A stretch of 64,000 nt of DNA from Seison nebaliae (taxonomy: Eukaryota), in NCBI GenBank assembly GCA_023231475.1, contig JALJEE010003284.1:1-64000 (forward strand), read 5' to 3'. Shown in pieces: positions 51,498 through 62,853 of this stretch (its first letter is position 1; each line of letters starts with the position of its first letter). The notes under the pieces were generated by a model that was given only the letters and a program-made list of their open reading frames with translations, ran no database searches and had not been told where the DNA came from. Position numbers and translations under genes: made by a program.

Positions 51498-54378
51498 TCA
51501 AATTTTTTTCTTATTATAATGATAGTTAGTGATGGATCTCGATGAAGTTAACAGTTTTCGAGAAGAAAAATATTTAGGTTTACGTAACGAGTTTCTCAAA
51601 CTCTTCACTGTAGTCATTCGACACATTCCTGATGCTTCACTTTCATTAATTAATCGAGTAACAGGATTCATTCCAATCAAATCCAATAACGAGATTAACA
51701 TTCCACGACCAACCTAAATAGAGAAATAATTTGGAAATGAAAATTTCATAAATCAGAATAAAAACATTATAATAGTTTTCTGGTTGGAGTATTGTTCTTG
51801 CAGGACAACTCTTCAAATTCTCATTATTTCCTTCCATAGCTAATCGTTGAAGAGATAAGACTAATGACTTATCCGTTCGATTTCCGTAACCACTCACTTT
51901 CAACTTCTCTAATCGTGACGCTTCTTTACAACTGGCATAGGAACATTCCAAAGTATAAGAATGAACTATTCCTAAATGTGTATACATTGCTACACGACCA
52001 GCACCAGCTTTTGATAAGTCTCTTTTGTCCTTCATGTACATATTCCGTTGAGTGAAATTACAATTAGTGAAATCGACATATTTCGAATTGAATGCAACAA
52101 TTCTTGGGAATAATTGTACATCAATCTAATAATAATGTGGAAGAAAATGAAAAAAAGAATGAAGCAATAAAAGTAATGAAAAAATGAAACATTTCGTTCA
52201 TCGTCGAAATGATTTCCATAAAAGAAACAACTCTTTTTACCTGCATGTGCATGCAGATCGATGTACATTATGACACCACTATGTTGCCAATCGATGAGAT
52301 GTAAAAGATTTTCATACCAATTAAAATCTTCCGTTTTTATCATATGATTACTCATAATATGTTTACTAGAAATTGCATCAGAATCAGAATCATCATTAAC
52401 TGATTGTGAATTGTGATCACTATCTGATAAAGTATTATTATTATTATTATTATTATTGTTGTTATTATTCTTATTCTTATTGTTTAAATGAAGAAACAAA
52501 TGACTTTTCCTTCTACGTCGACGTACGAAATTATCTTTTGAGAATGATGTATTCGATTTAAATAAAGACATTTGATGATTAGTTGATGATTTCGGTTTCA
52601 TTGATGATTTCGGTCTTTCAATCTCACAGAAAATATCATTTGGACTTTTCTTATTAAAGTTTCTTTCTACTTCCAATAAAACATTCATTAAATTCAATGA
52701 ACCATTTTTCGATTGTTGTTCGAATGACATATTCTCCAAATATTCGAAAATTGTTTCATGTGATTTGAAAGGAGGGAAAGTTATCTTCTCTCCCAAACCT
52801 TTCGATTTCAAATTTTTCAAAAATGTCAATTGCTCTCGATGAGAATACCGTAGAAATCTTGCCAACCATGCTAAAGTTCTTTCTCGATTCGGTTGTGCTA
52901 ATCGATAAAAGATATGATAATAAGTTAATAAAAGTTTCGCTGCGTAAATGGATGGATGTGACAATGGTGATGGATTCTCATAGTAACGATTCAAATTATC
53001 TCCAAAAGCATTTGATCGATAATTGCCCATTGCAACACCATCGGGATTTAATAAAGGAATTAATTTGAAAATGAAACAAGATCGTAATAATTTCGAATGA
53101 ATATTTTCTTCATCCAACAGAAATTTCAATAATCCATTAAATACAAAAGATGATGGCGTTTCACCTGGATGAACTCGACTGGTTATGAATACGATTCTTT
53201 TCTGTAATGCAAATGATGGTCGAAATAATTCGAGAACGGCATTCTGTCCTTTATATTTCCCACATTCTTTCTTCATCTTATTCCGTTTAGTTGTCATATA
53301 TAACTCTTTGAATAACAATTGAAATGATGACGGTTTTTCACCGTTCGTCGTCCCATTTTCATTCACTAATAAACTTTTGAGTAAAGTTCTCGGATTATCA
53401 ACTTCTAAATTCTAAATCGAATAGAATGAATAATAAAGAAAATTAAAAAAAAAAAACGAACAAAATTCCCAAATGGCATTTCCGAATGAATATATTGATG
53501 ACATCGTTTCCTTTTGTGGACATTAGGAAATAAATATTGACCGTCAATCGTCGGTTCTCGTTCATCCAATGGATGAAGTTGCATTCCATCAGTTGAAGAA
53601 ATTGTCAACAAATCAACATTTCGTTGACATCTTGAATGACAAAGAAGTTCACGATAAAAATAAATTTTACTTTTATTCTGTTTTATCGATTCATTATCAT
53701 AGAAATGACCATATTTCTTATCTAATTCATTCAACATATTCTGAGTCTCTTCATAACCGAACGGATAACAATAAGCAAACGTTACGGTAACTGTTTCCTT
53801 CTCCAATTGATCATTCATAATGTGAATGAATGACAAATAGAAACTTCCATCTACAGTACTACAAACACAACGACTCAAATTGATACGATGCAATTTTTGA
53901 CCATTATTTATACGATACACTGGAGTATGACCAGATGTGAATAATTTTTCTTGACGATTCATATTCATAAAATTGAATCGAATAACTTTCAATTTCTTTG
54001 ATGTACATTTGAAATGGAACCAACTTCTGTTCTCCAATAAAAAATGAATAAAGAGAATTTTATTCAATTAAATTAACCGATTTCCTGTATAATAATTTGT
54101 CGATTCACAATCTCCATTAATCCAAATATTCACATCATAATTGACAGATTCTATTAAATAATTATTAATTGGATGAACATATAAAAAGAGCTTGTAAGAC
54201 CTAAAGATAATTGATATAATTTCTGTAATTTCTTATTATCTTTATTGAATGGTCGTCTCATATGATCGATTAAGATCGTTTGGAAACGTTTATCCATATC
54301 AATTTCATATTTTTGCAAATTTCCTGCATCTGCTGCCGCTTCCACCTGAACTTCAGAAGTAACCGCAGTGTCAATCAT
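51498..54378 (-). CDS. AGBL5: Cytosolic carboxypeptidase 5 (tubulin deglutamylase, M14 family), 6 exons
   Basis: NR|SWFHF, FAYCYPF, RELLCHS..VDLLTISS, SRVHPGETPSS, LNPDGV..NLNRYY, IDLHAH, MYMKDKRD..GAGRVA..SYTLECSY. Confidence 0.9.
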
Positions 54379-54480
54379 AATTGTAATTTATGTATAAATT
54401 GAATGACAATGACAACAATCAATTTTGTTCTTACCCTTAAAGAAATATAATTCCATTGTTATGAATGTCACCAAATCTCT

Positions 54481-54494
54481 GTCTCCATGACAAC
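54481..54494. promoter_or_regulatory. RFX X-box upstream of AGBL5/CCP5
   Basis: GTCTCCATGACAAC matches GTHNYY-AT-RRNAAC, ~100 bp upstream of the ATG. Confidence 0.65.
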
Positions 54495-54650
54495 CAATAA
54501 TGGACACACAATTTTAATTATTATTTCGAAGAATAAATATAAAACTTTCAAATTATAAGTTAATTAACAAATCGTCATATTTTATTAGAATAATAATTTT
54601 TTTTTTAATTTTATATATTTACATGAGAGATGATTAATGTTATGGAAATT

Positions 54651-55352
54651 CTAATTATTATTATCATCAGATTGATTTTCATTCATCTTCGGTGATGGTG
54701 GTGGTGGAGGAGGTGGAGGAAGTAATATTTGTTTCGTTGGAGTTGGTGATGAAAGAGTTCTATGAATAGATGGAGTACAATTACCACGAAAATCTTCATA
54801 AATATCGAATCCCAAACGGAAATTAAAATAGTTTTCGAGATTATCATTTTGATTCATTCTTCTTTTTTTCCATTTGCCAATATTATTATTTTTCGGTACA
54901 ATAATGATATCTTGATCTTTATCTACAATTGTATCAAACTCATCGCTATCTTCGTCTTCAGATGAGGAGGATGTCAAATCTTCTAATTCATCTGCACCAC
55001 ATAATTTCGTTCTATCTGATCCTCCTTCATTTAACAATAATTTAACTTGAATCAATTTCGTTAAAGTTACATCAGCATCGCCAGAATCTTCTGTTGAATA
55101 ATAAACAGAATAATTGTCAAAAGAGAAATCATTATCAACTTCCTTCTTCAATTTAATTGAATAAAATGGTTTCATGACAGATCCTATAATTTCCAAAACT
55201 TTTCCCTCCATTATTTCACTTTCATCTTGATCATTTACAATAAAAAATGTCGAATCAACATCCATTGCCGGTGCATCATTCTCCGTTGTTCGAATAATCA
55301 ATTCATCAGTTGCTTCACATCTTGTATAAATTTTCCCAAACTTCTTCATCAT
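54651..55352 (-). CDS. NAF1: H/ACA RNP assembly factor NAF1-like, intronless, short
   Basis: Gar1/Naf1-like core (AMDVDSTFF..GKVLEIIGSVMKPFYSIK), GSD..DE acidic segment, C-terminal poly-Pro. Confidence 0.7.
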   Translation of the reverse strand: MMKKFGKIYTRCEATDELIIRTTENDAPAMDVDSTFFIVNDQDESEIMEGKVLEIIGSVMKPFYSIKLKKEVDNDFSFDNYSVYYSTEDSGDADVTLTKLIQVKLLLNEGGSDRTKLCGADELEDLTSSSSEDEDSDEFDTIVDKDQDIIIVPKNNNIGKWKKRRMNQNDNLENYFNFRLGFDIYEDFRGNCTPSIHRTLSSPTPTKQILLPPPPPPPPSPKMNENQSDDNNN

Positions 55353-55539
55353 TCAAAACAGAAACGTGCATCATTAAATAAGCTTAAAATTTTGAAAATA
55401 AATTATCTTTAAGAAATTTGTTTCGATGGAATTTTTCTGAAATTTCTCTAAAAAAATTTCTATAAAAAAGTTTCTCTCAAATAAATTTCTTAAAAACCAT
55501 TAACTAAATACAATTATGAGTTTATTATTTTTTTTTAAT

Positions 55540-56080
55540 TGATGATGGACCGAATAAAAAGATCTGAGGAAGTTACATTTAATTTCATTAATTGTAGTAA
55601 TACTCTTCTTCTTACCATCAATTTTCATACCTAAAAAACAAACATTCTTATCAACTAATTTTCTCATATTATTCCTGATCCATCCAAAGAGAGATATTAG
55701 TTAAGATTTTACATTTATCTTGATTACATACGATACATTTTTCCGTTGATAATTATTTTCAATTCGATTATTCATTGTTCATCGATATGGAATTTCTTTT
55801 GAAATTTTTCTCTTTAAATTCCCACGTTCCAATTTATCTTCTCCATTCAAATTGAGAACGTACAAATTCAATTGTTTTCTTGCATTCACTCAAATTACTT
55901 GAACAAATAAGGATGTCATCAGCATATGCTGAGACCGATGGATAAATTACGTCACCAATCTTAAAAGAGAACATCTTATTTGCATCCAAAAGGTGTTGAT
56001 CGATAGCTTACCTTGCCTTACTCCTTTATTGATAGGGTATCCTTTATCCTAATTACACCATAAGCATTGGTTAAATTCTT
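55540..56080 (-). mobile_element. Decayed non-LTR retrotransposon reverse-transcriptase fragment
   Basis: PINKGVRQG (GVRQG at 56024-56010), frameshift, SAYADDILI (YADD at 55926-55915), then NQDKCKIL and VCFLGMKI; boundaries approximate. Confidence 0.75.
55747..55854. repeat. 108-bp direct copy of 59621-59728
   Basis: Manual alignment shows 4 mismatches and no indels. Confidence 0.9.
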
Positions 56081-56300
56081 AAAATAAAACTGAAAATAAT
56101 TCTTAACTTTAAACTCTAACTCTCGGATACTTTAACCATTTATCCTCCGACATTTTGAATTCATATTTTTAAGAAAGTTTTAAGAAAACAATTCAAAATT
56201 TAATATTTCAACAATTCTTTTTCGGACAATTTGGCAATTCATCTTCTGATATATTGACTGTTTACTCTTGTGCGTTTGAAACTTTTTCTTTTGAAAGTTT

Positions 56301-56450
56301 ATAACCTTGATCTTCGATCTCCTTCTCTACCGTCAGTGGTAAGAGATCTCTATGTTGCGTGAGATGTGTGTCCTATCCTTGTGGCATTGGGAATGTGCAT
56401 AGATCATTGCGCTATGCACGCCGCAATATAACTCTATCGAAATGCAGGAT
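56301..56450 (+). ncRNA. Unassigned structured RNA candidate
   Basis: GC-richer island with nested stems (GATCTC/GAGATC, TACCG/TGGTA, TATGTTGCG/CGCAATATA, TCCTA/TGGGA, GTGCATAG/CTATGCAC); G-U pairs favour the + strand. Confidence 0.45.
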
Positions 56451-56882
56451 AAATTATTTCGTAAATCAGTACGTTTGAATTAATCATTCGAATCACGGTC
56501 ATAATATCTGAATTGGAAGTCGAGATGAATTGGGATTATTTTATATGGAAAAAAATTATTCTTTTGAATTATCTTTATTATGTTTATTGAAAAATTCGTA
56601 TTATATTTCGTCAAATTGATGAGCAGGTTTTGAATTGAAAATAAATTTAGTATATAATTGACATTGTCACCACGCTTATCAAAAACAATGATGAATAAAA
56701 ATTCTTTCTAAACAAACTTATAGTAATTTACATCTCCATAGTTTATCGTTCGAATTTCATTAATAACTTTAAATTCTCGTTGAACTTTGAGATCGTATTG
56801 TTTTTCTACTTTGTACATTAAAAACACTTGAGGATTAAGAGGAAATTGAGGTGACGTACGAGCAGAATAGAAGTTTGAGAAA

Positions 56883-57273
56883 ATGAAATTACCTAGTAGT
56901 ACCCTCCTTTCTTTCCTCCTCATCAACTTATTAAGTTAATTCTAATTATTTTAAATTTATTTTATTTCGTTTATTAACAGTCTCTGAAAGTTTTAGTTTG
57001 AATTGCTACAAATGTCGTGGATGGAGATGCATAAATGAACAACTGGAAGAAACGATTTGTCCTCATCAATGTAAAGTTACAAAATTCATTATTAAGAAAA
57101 TTTAAATAATAAATTATTTTTAGTATCAAAATATTTTATGGTACAAAATTTTCGATTGTGGCGATATTGAATGTGTATTGAATGCACATCATATACCAGT
57201 AATTGGTTGGTTCATAGGTCTGTTTTATACGAGACGATGTTGTTCGAAAGATATGTGCAATGATGGAGAATAG
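56883..57273 (+). CDS. Secreted Ly6/uPAR (three-finger) protein, 3 exons, absent from the ORF track
   Basis: Exons 56883-56934, 56981-57075 and 57124-57273 give MKLPSSTLLSFLLINLLISESFSLNCYKC..C..C..C..C..C..CCSKDMCNDGE* with 10 Cys. Confidence 0.85.
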
Positions 57274-57310
57274 AATGATAAGAAATTTTTATAAAAAAGT
57301 AAAATAATAA

Positions 57311-58780
57311 TTATTCGATATCTTTATCATTGTTAATACTCCATTGGAAATAATCGGGACGTGTTGCCGCATGATATTCATCGATCAATTCCCGTACAAC
57401 TTCAGCGGAATGATGGAATTCTTCAATCGAATCAGCAAACATCGGTTGTTTCCGATATTGTTCTAAAAATGCTTCTCTCTTAATAAATTTATCGAAATGT
57501 TTCAATGTCGTTGAGAATAGATGTGAGATCGATGTATGATTAGCTAACATTAGACCGCTAATTCGATGTTCCGTTTTCATATATGGTGAACGACGAGCTA
57601 CGGCCACCTGAATGGAAGCCGGACCCCAATCGATAAATTTGATGGGTTCCCGTTCCTTAATTCGAAGTAGACTATCATTTATTTGCATAATATCAACTTC
57701 GCCTTGCAGAATTTTCAAAATAGAAATATATGCGTGTTGTATGGTTTTAGATGGATCTTTCGCCAACATATTTGAATTGACATTAAAATTATTATTATAT
57801 TGAGAATAATGAGATGCGGCGAATGAAGAAACCATCACATTTTTAGGTTTCAATAATCTTCTCATAATATCAATTGTGGATGTTTTTCTGATTTCTGATT
57901 CGACCGTTTCTGATGTTAATGGCGTATAAGAACTAATAAGGAAATGTAATCGTGGTGTTGGTATTAATGGTGAGATCATTGAAACTAAATCATTATTCAT
58001 AAAATCTGGATAACGTAAAGGTGCAGTAGATGCCGCCATAATAGTAGATACAAATTGATTTATTTCCGATAACGATGGTTTATCAATATGTAATCGTTCT
58101 ACTGCTATTCGATCTAACGCCGTATTATCTAATACCACAACAGAATCGGCATGTAATGTTAATCGTTTCAATGTCAATATGGAATTATATGGTTGAACGA
58201 CAACTTCGGAAACTTCGTCTTGTTGAGGAAATACAGAATAAGTTTGAATTAATTTTCCTGAATATCGATCATTCAAATGTTCGAGAATATGAGAGCCTAA
58301 ACCAGATCCCGTACCACCAGCAATTGAATGACATAAAACGATTCCTTCCAACGAATCTGTATTATCAGCTTCTCGATCGATAATATCGAAAATCTCTTCG
58401 AATAATTCTTTACCTTGTTCATAACCGATTGCCCAATTATTTCCTGCCCCACCACCTTCTTTTGATACATAAATATTTTCACGATTATACAAATTCTTAT
58501 AATCAGATGACATCATAGTATTGATGACTCTTGGTTCCAGATCGAGTAATACAGCTCGTGGAATGAATTTCTGATCATCAGCTTGATAGAAAAAAACATC
58601 TTTCCGATCCACCATCGAAAAATCAGTTACATCAGCAGAAGTTAAACGACTCCTCTCCACATTCGGATCGATCAAACCATCACTACTTATCGCATGTTCC
58701 ACACACAACTTCCTCCAGAATTCCATTCCGATCTGATTTCCACATTGTCCCAATTGCAACGTAATTATTCCACGTGGCAT
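57311..58780 (-). CDS. TUBG1: Gamma-tubulin, intronless
   Basis: [68 protein letters not shown]. Confidence 0.97.
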   Translation of the reverse strand: MPRGIITLQLGQCGNQIGMEFWRKLCVEHAISSDGLIDPNVERSRLTSADVTDFSMVDRKDVFFYQADDQKFIPRAVLLDLEPRVINTMMSSDYKNLYNRENIYVSKEGGGAGNNWAIGYEQGKELFEEIFDIIDREADNTDSLEGIVLCHSIAGGTGSGLGSHILEHLNDRYSGKLIQTYSVFPQQDEVSEVVVQPYNSILTLKRLTLHADSVVVLDNTALDRIAVERLHIDKPSLSEINQFVSTIMAASTAPLRYPDFMNNDLVSMISPLIPTPRLHFLISSYTPLTSETVESEIRKTSTIDIMRRLLKPKNVMVSSFAASHYSQYNNNFNVNSNMLAKDPSKTIQHAYISILKILQGEVDIMQINDSLLRIKEREPIKFIDWGPASIQVAVARRSPYMKTEHRISGLMLANHTSISHLFSTTLKHFDKFIKREAFLEQYRKQPMFADSIEEFHHSAEVVRELIDEYHAATRPDYFQWSINNDKDIE

Positions 58781-59045
58781 TTCTCAATTCCGAAAAGTTA
58801 AATTGTCTCTGATTCCCGAAAATATGATAAGGGATAATCGTAAAATATTGAAAGAAAGAATGTTTTATTTGATAAAAAAAAACAAATGTTTTCCTTTTTT
58901 TTTTCAATTTAAAAATGTCAAAAAAATATATTTTATTTTTCTTTCAATTTTACATACATTTTCCAAATGTGAAGCTTATGAAGATATTTGGAGGAATTTT
59001 CATTTTATTTAACTTAAAACGCAAAACCGACTTACAAAACGACAT

Positions 59046-61009
59046 TTAAATATAAAGATCAACATCAGTTTTCGAAATTCTTTCGATTCCCAATTTCTGG
59101 AAATAATTATCAATTTTTTCTTGATCTATTTCAAAAAAGGAGAAATATATTTCAAATTAAAAAAGAAAAATTACAAATATAATTTAAACTTGCTAAATTG
59201 ATAATTTTCTTCCAATAACTTCCGTAATCTCCCAAATCGTCCTCACCTGTCATTTCATCATTAGGACCTTTAGAATCGAAAAGTGAAATTTGAGAATATG
59301 ATTCTAATAATTGTCTCATATTATCTTCACTCAATGCATTCATTTCTAATAATTGTTTAATTTTTCCTTTTTTCGGTCGTGGTCTACCTTTCATTATTGG
59401 CGGAATATTCTCAGCTCGTGGAATACGTTTTGTTGAATTATCCTCACAATTTCTCTTACGATAACGATTATTTTGAATAATGTTATTATTCCTAAAAACC
59501 GATTGTGCTGGCATCAAATCTTTCGAATTACAATTCCGAATAATTTTTATTGGAGTTTCAGCGATAGTCGTTACACGAGGAATCGTCATCATTTTATATT
59601 TGACATTTGGTGGTTTGGAATGATAATTATTTTCAATTCGATTATTCATTGTTGATCGATATGGAATTTCTTTTGAAATTTTTCTCTTTAAATTTCCACG
59701 TTCCAATTTATCTTGACCATTCAAATTGTGAATTATTTTATAATTATAATTTTTCTTAGAAATATCATCGTCAATCTCTTGACCATCAACAGATGATTCA
59801 TTTAATGTTAATGTTGAAATTGGTTGAGATGATGAATTTGAATCTATCGATTTCTGTGTCGAATCAATAAACGATGAAATTGTGGTGGAAGGTTGAAGTG
59901 AATGATCTGAATTAATTTCTTTCAATTTGAATCTTTTCGATCTTCTCATCTTCTCGGAACTTCCCAATTTTCCTTCATTTCTCAAGCACATATCAATCAA
60001 TGAGCAAATATCGACTTTCTTCTCTATTTCGAATTCATACAACTTCCTCAATAACATATCTAAAAATCATCATAATAAATTTTAAACGGTTTTTAATTAC
60101 TAACAAAATTCTCTACTTTGTTCCATTTTTGGTGTATTTATATGATGAGTGAATGTTTCCTTCAATCTGGAAAAATGAAACGAAAAATTATTTTCATCAA
60201 AAAAATTAACTGAATTAGATAATCGGAATAAGAATGTTTATCGCTCGGGAATTTGTTAATTATTCGATGAATTACTTCATAATCATATTTTATCTCATCA
60301 GTCAAATAAATTTCTTTAATAAAACGTTGAATGAATTCGTGAGTCTCAGTCAATGTCCATTTACCCACGGAAGAAGTTTGACCTAAAATAATTTATAAAA
60401 ATTTAAAAAAAAAATATTAAAATTGAAATATAATTTAGATGAACTTTTATAATGTGCTTCTTCAAAATTCTTTCCTGATATTCTTTCTAAATCCGAAAGG
60501 AATTGTTTATAGCAAGTCGAATGATATTTTGCTTTCTTATCCACCAAACCAGAAACATGATAAAAACGATAAATGTAAAGTGGATGAATTTTAGATAATT
60601 CTCGAATTTTTCGACATGTTCCTTGACGTTTCGCCAGAACGATACGCTCTGACGTTTCCATTTGACAGAAAATACATTTCACATAATCCACCACATACAA
60701 ATCGTGAAGAAATTTACCGTTCTGATGGTTATGATTAGGTAGGTTTATTTTGACTTGAAGAAAATTTCCGTTTTTTTTTGCTAACATTGACATGAGACAT
60801 TCGGAATTGTCGATCTCCTTAAACTTATGAGAACAGATGTAGGAGATTTCTTCATATTTCAATTCGGTATGTTTCACCGAATCATCAAAATTCAGATCTT
60901 TATATCCATTCCGTCTCAATTTCATATCCTCTTCCGATTCATAATCCTCAATCGCTTTCGACAACTCTTGGAACGAACTATATTTCGCATTATGCTTCAA
61001 TTTCACCAT
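59046..61009 (-). CDS. Protein with FAR1/ZSWIM3-like (MULE-derived) N-terminal DNA-binding domain and disordered basic C-terminus (5 exons)
   Basis: YSSFQELSKAIEDYE..LKYEEISYICSH..C..LPNHNH; CIFC..KYHSTCY; AT-hook-like KGRPRP; four GTT introns restore frame. Confidence 0.6.
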
Positions 61010-61433
61010 TTGTTCTCCGATAAATTTTTGATAACGATAAACCTTTTTCGCCTACTTAATTTTTTGAGAGAAAGTCTTAAGCTTAAAAATAGCACAATTC
61101 CACTTTGGAAAAAATTGAGCTGAAAATTTTTGAAGAAAAAATTTGGAAAAAAATTTATTGATTTACAAATATATTTATTATGAACCATATTTTTATTAAG
61201 TGAGGTTATTGGAAGACTAGGTATTTGAGAGAATAACTCCAAAAATTATTATTCTTTATCGGACTTTTATTTTTAGTTATTTAAATTTTTTGAAGCTTTT
61301 TTATAAGTTTTCTTCCATTATCAGTTCCATTAGAATCTAATGGAATCTAATGAATAGATACTTCAGCAACAATCCTTTTATCTAATTAGAATTTTAGCAA
61401 TTAGAATCGAATGATTAGAAAATGAGGAACGAT

Positions 61434-62853
61434 TTAATTAATCAAATTCAAATTATTTATTTTTAAGATGATTTGTTGTTCGGGAAGATTGTTATTCAAT
61501 TCTATAATTCTTATCATACGATTTATAATCTTCTTGTATTTGTCGGAGAAGTGAATTGGTAAATTTTGAAGCATATCATTGTTCATCGACCGACTCAAAA
61601 CATTCAATTGACAAAAAGAAGTTTTTCTTAGTTTCTCCTCATTCGAAGACTTTTCCGATGGAGATTTCGTGATTTTCTCACAGATATTATAAAGAATCCG
61701 ATTAAGTAATTTGAATCGAGCGATCTTATGGATAATTTTATTCGAATGATTGATCGTTAACGGTTTATTGCTTCGCATGAAACGGAAAAATTCTTGAATA
61801 TTTGATGAACGATATTGATTTCCTAATTGTGATAGAAAAGTTTCTTTTAATACTTCGAAGATCATTTGATCAAATCTGGAAATATGATTGAAAATAAATT
61901 TAAAAAAATATTATAATATAAAAAAACTTTAAATATTTTTCAGCTAATGGTCTCATTTCTTCGATTTTTTTATTAGGTAAATAGTTTCCATTAGTTTTCT
62001 CATTTTGAATGAATGCAAATAAATAGAAATCGATATGGATTTTATGAGAGAAGAGCAACAATGATAAATAGCTATACTCTTTCAATAAGATTAATTGATA
62101 AGAATTTTTTAAACTGTTAATCCAATAATTTATTTTGTCGAGATCTGAGGAATGAGGTAAAAACTGCAATTTATCTTTTTGGCAATTGCTCAACAATGAT
62201 TGACATAATGAATTCCTGATATTGTTAATACATTGATAATGGAGATATTTGTTCGATATCGAATTCTTTCGTAGACTTTCATATTGAAAGAATTTTTCCG
62301 AAATATTCAGTCGTTTCATCGAAAGGAAAAGTTCTTTGGCATCCGAGAAAACTAATCCCTTACAATGATTAGTTAACCAAACTTCGTCCTTCAGTTTATT
62401 CATTAATGTAACAAAAGGATCTTCCAATAAAAGTATATTTAATGTATGAACATTCACTTCAAATTTACGACGTATCTTCTTTCTCTCGGCTAACGGAAAT
62501 AAATTGTATTGAAATGACTTTCCGGTATCTAATCGATTTTGAGCGATATTCTTCGATAGTATCGTACTTGGAATATTATTCTTAATGTTATTTCGAATAA
62601 CAACATACGCTGATTTCGTTCGATATTCCAAATTGTTTATCAATTTTAATTTATTCAAAATATTTCTAAAAATGGGATTTTGGAATTCTCCAATATATTG
62701 CACCAAATAAATATCATGAGTTCGATATTTGTCCTTTTCATAATTATCATCCTCATTCGACATTAAATGACTCCAAACCACCCATATGAGGAAGCATGCT
62801 CCAACATTCAGAAGAAGACGCTTTCTCCCAAACATCATTTCAAAATCGTTCAT
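61434..62853 (-). CDS. Galactose-3-O-sulfotransferase-like type II Golgi protein, divergent (2 exons)
   Basis: N-terminal TM; LLLEDPFVTLM, YQLILLKEYSYLSLLLF and YLK|FDQMIFEVLKETF resemble Gal3ST family motifs; one GTT intron. Confidence 0.55.

Noticed and set aside
2796..58780. Functional cluster of microtubule genes (GCP, NEK1, CCP5, gamma-tubulin)
   Set aside because: Spread over 55 kb among unrelated genes; chance cannot be excluded without synteny data
61210..61231. TGGAAGACTAG, resembling the miR-7 5' end
   Set aside because: No complementary star arm to form a precursor
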